Under the pieces are notes generated by a model that had not been told where the DNA came from, made no database searches, and worked only from the letters and a program-made list of their open reading frames with translations. From the NCBI GenBank assembly GCA_963847185.1, contig CAWJYV010000008.1:256001-320000 (forward strand): DNA of 64,000 nt, read 5' to 3'. The DNA comes from an uncultured Methanosarcinaceae archaeon. GTDB taxonomy: Archaea; Halobacteriota; Methanosarcinia; Methanosarcinales; Methanosarcinaceae. The position numbers and the translations under genes are program-made. Each line of letters opens with the position of its first letter. Positions within the stretch are counted from its first letter, which is position 1. Shown here piece by piece: positions 61,561 through 64,000 of the stretch.

Positions 61561-62100
61561 TTATTCAATAAGTAAAATTCCTACACATACAGTCTTTTTC
61601 GGCTTGCAGAATTCAAGCACAAGTCCTGCGTTTTCCATTGCCTTCTGAAGATTTATTCCCACAGCTTCGGGTGCAAAACGCCTCATTTCAGGTTTTACAC
61701 ATTTTTCAAGGTTACAGATTTCACATTCATTGCAGGAGCCAGGCCTGAGAAGATGTGCGAAGGTAAATCCTTCTCTGAAAGCTTCCTGTTCAAGCTCGAA
61801 CATCTTATGAAAAGAGTCCTTCCTCAGTTCTCCCCAGGCTTCAAGGACATCATTTATTTCTGCTGTATTGCATTCATCTACAATAAGAAGCGCACTGCTG
61901 TACTCTCCTATTACCTTTCTGAATTCATCAACTGACATAACATGAGGAGGGCAGCTCAGCCTTTTTCCATAGCTTTTGCATCCATATGCGCACTTAAGGG
62001 CAATTCTGTTTTCAATCGGAATGTCCTTCGCATCAAGGAGATAAGCTTTAAGGCCCATCTCTGAAGCCTTTTCAATAAGATCTTCGAATTTTCCAAGCAT
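61561..62100 (-). CDS. DUF2284-family metal-binding protein
   Basis: LKCAYGCKSYGKRLSCPP, GSCNECEIC, RFAPEAVGIN. Confidence 0.82.
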   Translation of the reverse strand: MLGKFEDLIEKASEMGLKAYLLDAKDIPIENRIALKCAYGCKSYGKRLSCPPHVMSVDEFRKVIGEYSSALLIVDECNTAEINDVLEAWGELRKDSFHKMFELEQEAFREGFTFAHLLRPGSCNECEICNLEKCVKPEMRRFAPEAVGINLQKAMENAGLVLEFCKPKKTVCVGILLIE

Positions 62101-62370
62101 GATAACCCCTTTTTAAAAACCCATTTTTTATATTGTTCCTGTTTATTTCACTTTTTGCTTCCTTTAATTTATCTATCTCTAATTATTTTTTATGTTTTGA
62201 AAACATAATTGGGATATACATCATATTAGTAATTTATTTACCTTTTAATGCGGTTATTTTAAAAAAACAGCAACAATTTTGTACATCTGCTCATAAGTTT
62301 CTACTTAATTCAGTAATTGTGGGTTATACTTCTATAATTTATCGTAGGTAAACCTGGTAAGGGATTCCGT

Positions 62371-63564
62371 ATGATTAAAAAAGTACCTTTGACTGAACTG
62401 AAAAACCGCATGAACTGCTTCAGAAAAAAGATGGATGTCTCAAACTCAGAATGGGAAACAGCCGTAATCTTCAGCAAAATAAACCTTTATTACTTTACTG
62501 GCACGATGCAGGATGGAATGCTGATTATCCCGAGAAGCGGAGAAGCAACATTTTGGGTGAGACGTAGTTATGAGAGAGCTTTAGATGAATCTTTGTTCCC
62601 CAATATAGAACCCATGGATAGTTTCCGTGATGCTGCAAAAAGTGTAAGCAAGCTTACGGACACGGTATATCTGGAAACCGAAGTGGTCCCTCTGGCTTTA
62701 TATCAGAGATTTCAAAAATACTTCCCTTTTAAAAATGTTAAGTCTTCTGATGCTCAAGTTTGTGCTGTCAGGGCAGTAAAAAGCGAATATGAGCTGTCAC
62801 TGACAAGGGAAGCTGGCAGGATTCATCAGCATGTGCTCGAAGACCTTGTACCTGAGATGCTGCGGGAAGGAATGAGTGAAGCTGACCTGTCAACTGAATT
62901 ATTTTCGGTTCTGGTTGAAGAAGGGCACCACGGGGCATGTCGTTTTGGTATGTTCGATACGGAGATGATTCTGGGAAATGTCTGTTTTGGAGAAAGCTCC
63001 ATTTATCCTACTTATTTTAACGGGCCAGGCGGAAAGTATGGGTTATGTCCTGCAGCACCTGTGCTCGGAAGTCGGGACCGGAAATTGAGGAAAGGCGATC
63101 TTGTCTTTGTTGATGTCGGATGCGGGGTTGATGGTTACCATACGGATAAAACCACGACATACATGTTTGGCTCTTCCCTTCCGCAATATGCCATAGATGC
63201 CCATAATAAATGTGTGGATATACAGAACAAAGCTGCATCAATGCTAAAGCCTGGTATCCTTCCCTCTGAAATCTATAATACCATAGTGAATGGGCTCGAT
63301 AAGGATTTCCTGCAAAATTTCATGGGTTTTGGCAGCCGTAAGGTAAAATTCCTCGGGCATGGAGTTGGCCTGTTGATTGATGAAACTCCAGTAATTGCCG
63401 AAGGTTTTGATGAGCCTCTACAGGAAAGAATGGTATTCGCCCTCGAACCTAAAAAGGGAATTGAGAATATCGGAATGGTAGGAATTGAAAATACATTTAT
63501 AGTAACTTCTAAAGGCGGAGAATGTATTACAGGAGATAATCCGGGCTTGATTCCCGTATATTGA
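62371..63564 (+). CDS. Xaa-Pro peptidase family (M24) protein
   Basis: RAVKS, VDVG...GYHTD, GHGVGL..DE, ALEPK, GIENT. Confidence 0.9.
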   Translation: MIKKVPLTELKNRMNCFRKKMDVSNSEWETAVIFSKINLYYFTGTMQDGMLIIPRSGEATFWVRRSYERALDESLFPNIEPMDSFRDAAKSVSKLTDTVYLETEVVPLALYQRFQKYFPFKNVKSSDAQVCAVRAVKSEYELSLTREAGRIHQHVLEDLVPEMLREGMSEADLSTELFSVLVEEGHHGACRFGMFDTEMILGNVCFGESSIYPTYFNGPGGKYGLCPAAPVLGSRDRKLRKGDLVFVDVGCGVDGYHTDKTTTYMFGSSLPQYAIDAHNKCVDIQNKAASMLKPGILPSEIYNTIVNGLDKDFLQNFMGFGSRKVKFLGHGVGLLIDETPVIAEGFDEPLQERMVFALEPKKGIENIGMVGIENTFIVTSKGGECITGDNPGLIPVY

Positions 63565-63660
63565 TTGGAATCCAAAACTAGAAACAAATACGAAAAAAGT
63601 GGGGTTAAAGAGTAAGAAATGGAGTTTGCTAGCTCCATCAATTTCTCTTTTAATTCAGCT

Positions 63661-64000
63661 TTATTTCGGTTTTCTCTCAAGCTTTTTCTTTGCAAGCTTT
63701 TCGATTATTTTAGTGTCAGCTTCTCCACCAACGCTCAGTTTCTTGTTGGCAACTGCACTTTCCAGAAGGTGCTGTCCTACCAGCGTACGAACGATAAGGG
63801 TAGTATGACCATCAGGGCTTCCAACAGAGCCGGCTGAGATATCAGCTTTGAGGGCGGTAAAGTCAGTGCAGACATCACAGCCCGGGCGGATGGTATCTTT
63901 TAGTTCGGCAAGCGGAATTACGTACTGAACTCCATCATTGAGGGTAATTTCGAGTTTGCCTTTAACATCAATACGGCAAACTTTCATGGGTTCGAGTGCG
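63661..64000 (-). CDS. C-terminal part of an FrhB/FdhB-family F420-binding subunit (truncated by the window edge)
   Basis: RPGCDVCTDFTALKADISAGSVGSPDGHTTLIVRT. Confidence 0.85.
   Translation of the reverse strand, partial: ALEPMKVCRIDVKGKLEITLNDGVQYVIPLAELKDTIRPGCDVCTDFTALKADISAGSVGSPDGHTTLIVRTLVGQHLLESAVANKKLSVGGEADTKIIEKLAKKKLERKPK

Noticed and set aside
27-63837. Numerous antisense and alternate-frame ORFs in the track (e.g. 893-1327, 17156-17725, 42160-42681, 52545-53315)
   Set aside because: Shadow ORFs overlapping well-supported genes, with no motifs or SD support
1-64000. CRISPR array, cas genes, rRNA, provirus or integrase
   Set aside because: No regularly spaced repeat-spacer array and no such genes; all repeats found have only two or three units

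Overview
Chromosomal window from a methanogenic archaeon, almost certainly Methanosarcina. Evidence: the rpl11-rpl1-rplP0-rpl12 / spt5 / secE / ftsZ cluster, TBP, PAN, MBF1, hdrCB, F420-dependent NADP reductase, an anaerobic cbi operon and T-rich intergenic DNA. Most of it is core housekeeping: DRG GTPase, MoeA-PBP fusion, ilvE, two tRNA-Arg genes, a bioY-ECF biotin transporter with a BirA-type operator, dtxR-feoB with a palindromic box, smc-scpA-scpB, aglJ, thiC, cbiTLFG(split)HC and ccdA-thioredoxin. Accessory or decayed parts: an intact 1141-bp IS701-family element (12-bp TIRs, 5-bp target duplication, ORF starting at ATA), a 118-bp MITE sharing its ends, and a deletion-fused arsR/permease pseudogene pair whose operator is still perfect. 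The best candidate for an undescribed system is the condensin locus. An unannotated coiled-coil protein with a twice-repeated KCEYIIAE motif precedes smc, ScpA has long terminal extensions, and ScpB carries an extra ~190-aa C-terminal domain. Other leads: a Re-citrate-synthase-like enzyme facing an isocitrate-dehydrogenase-family gene, a probable AUA start for cbiG, a 13-bp inverted repeat bracketing the thiC promoter, an rRNA-mimic leader on rpl1, and a secreted PepF. No CRISPR array, rRNA gene or provirus was seen. All calls come from reading the sequence; no searches were run.
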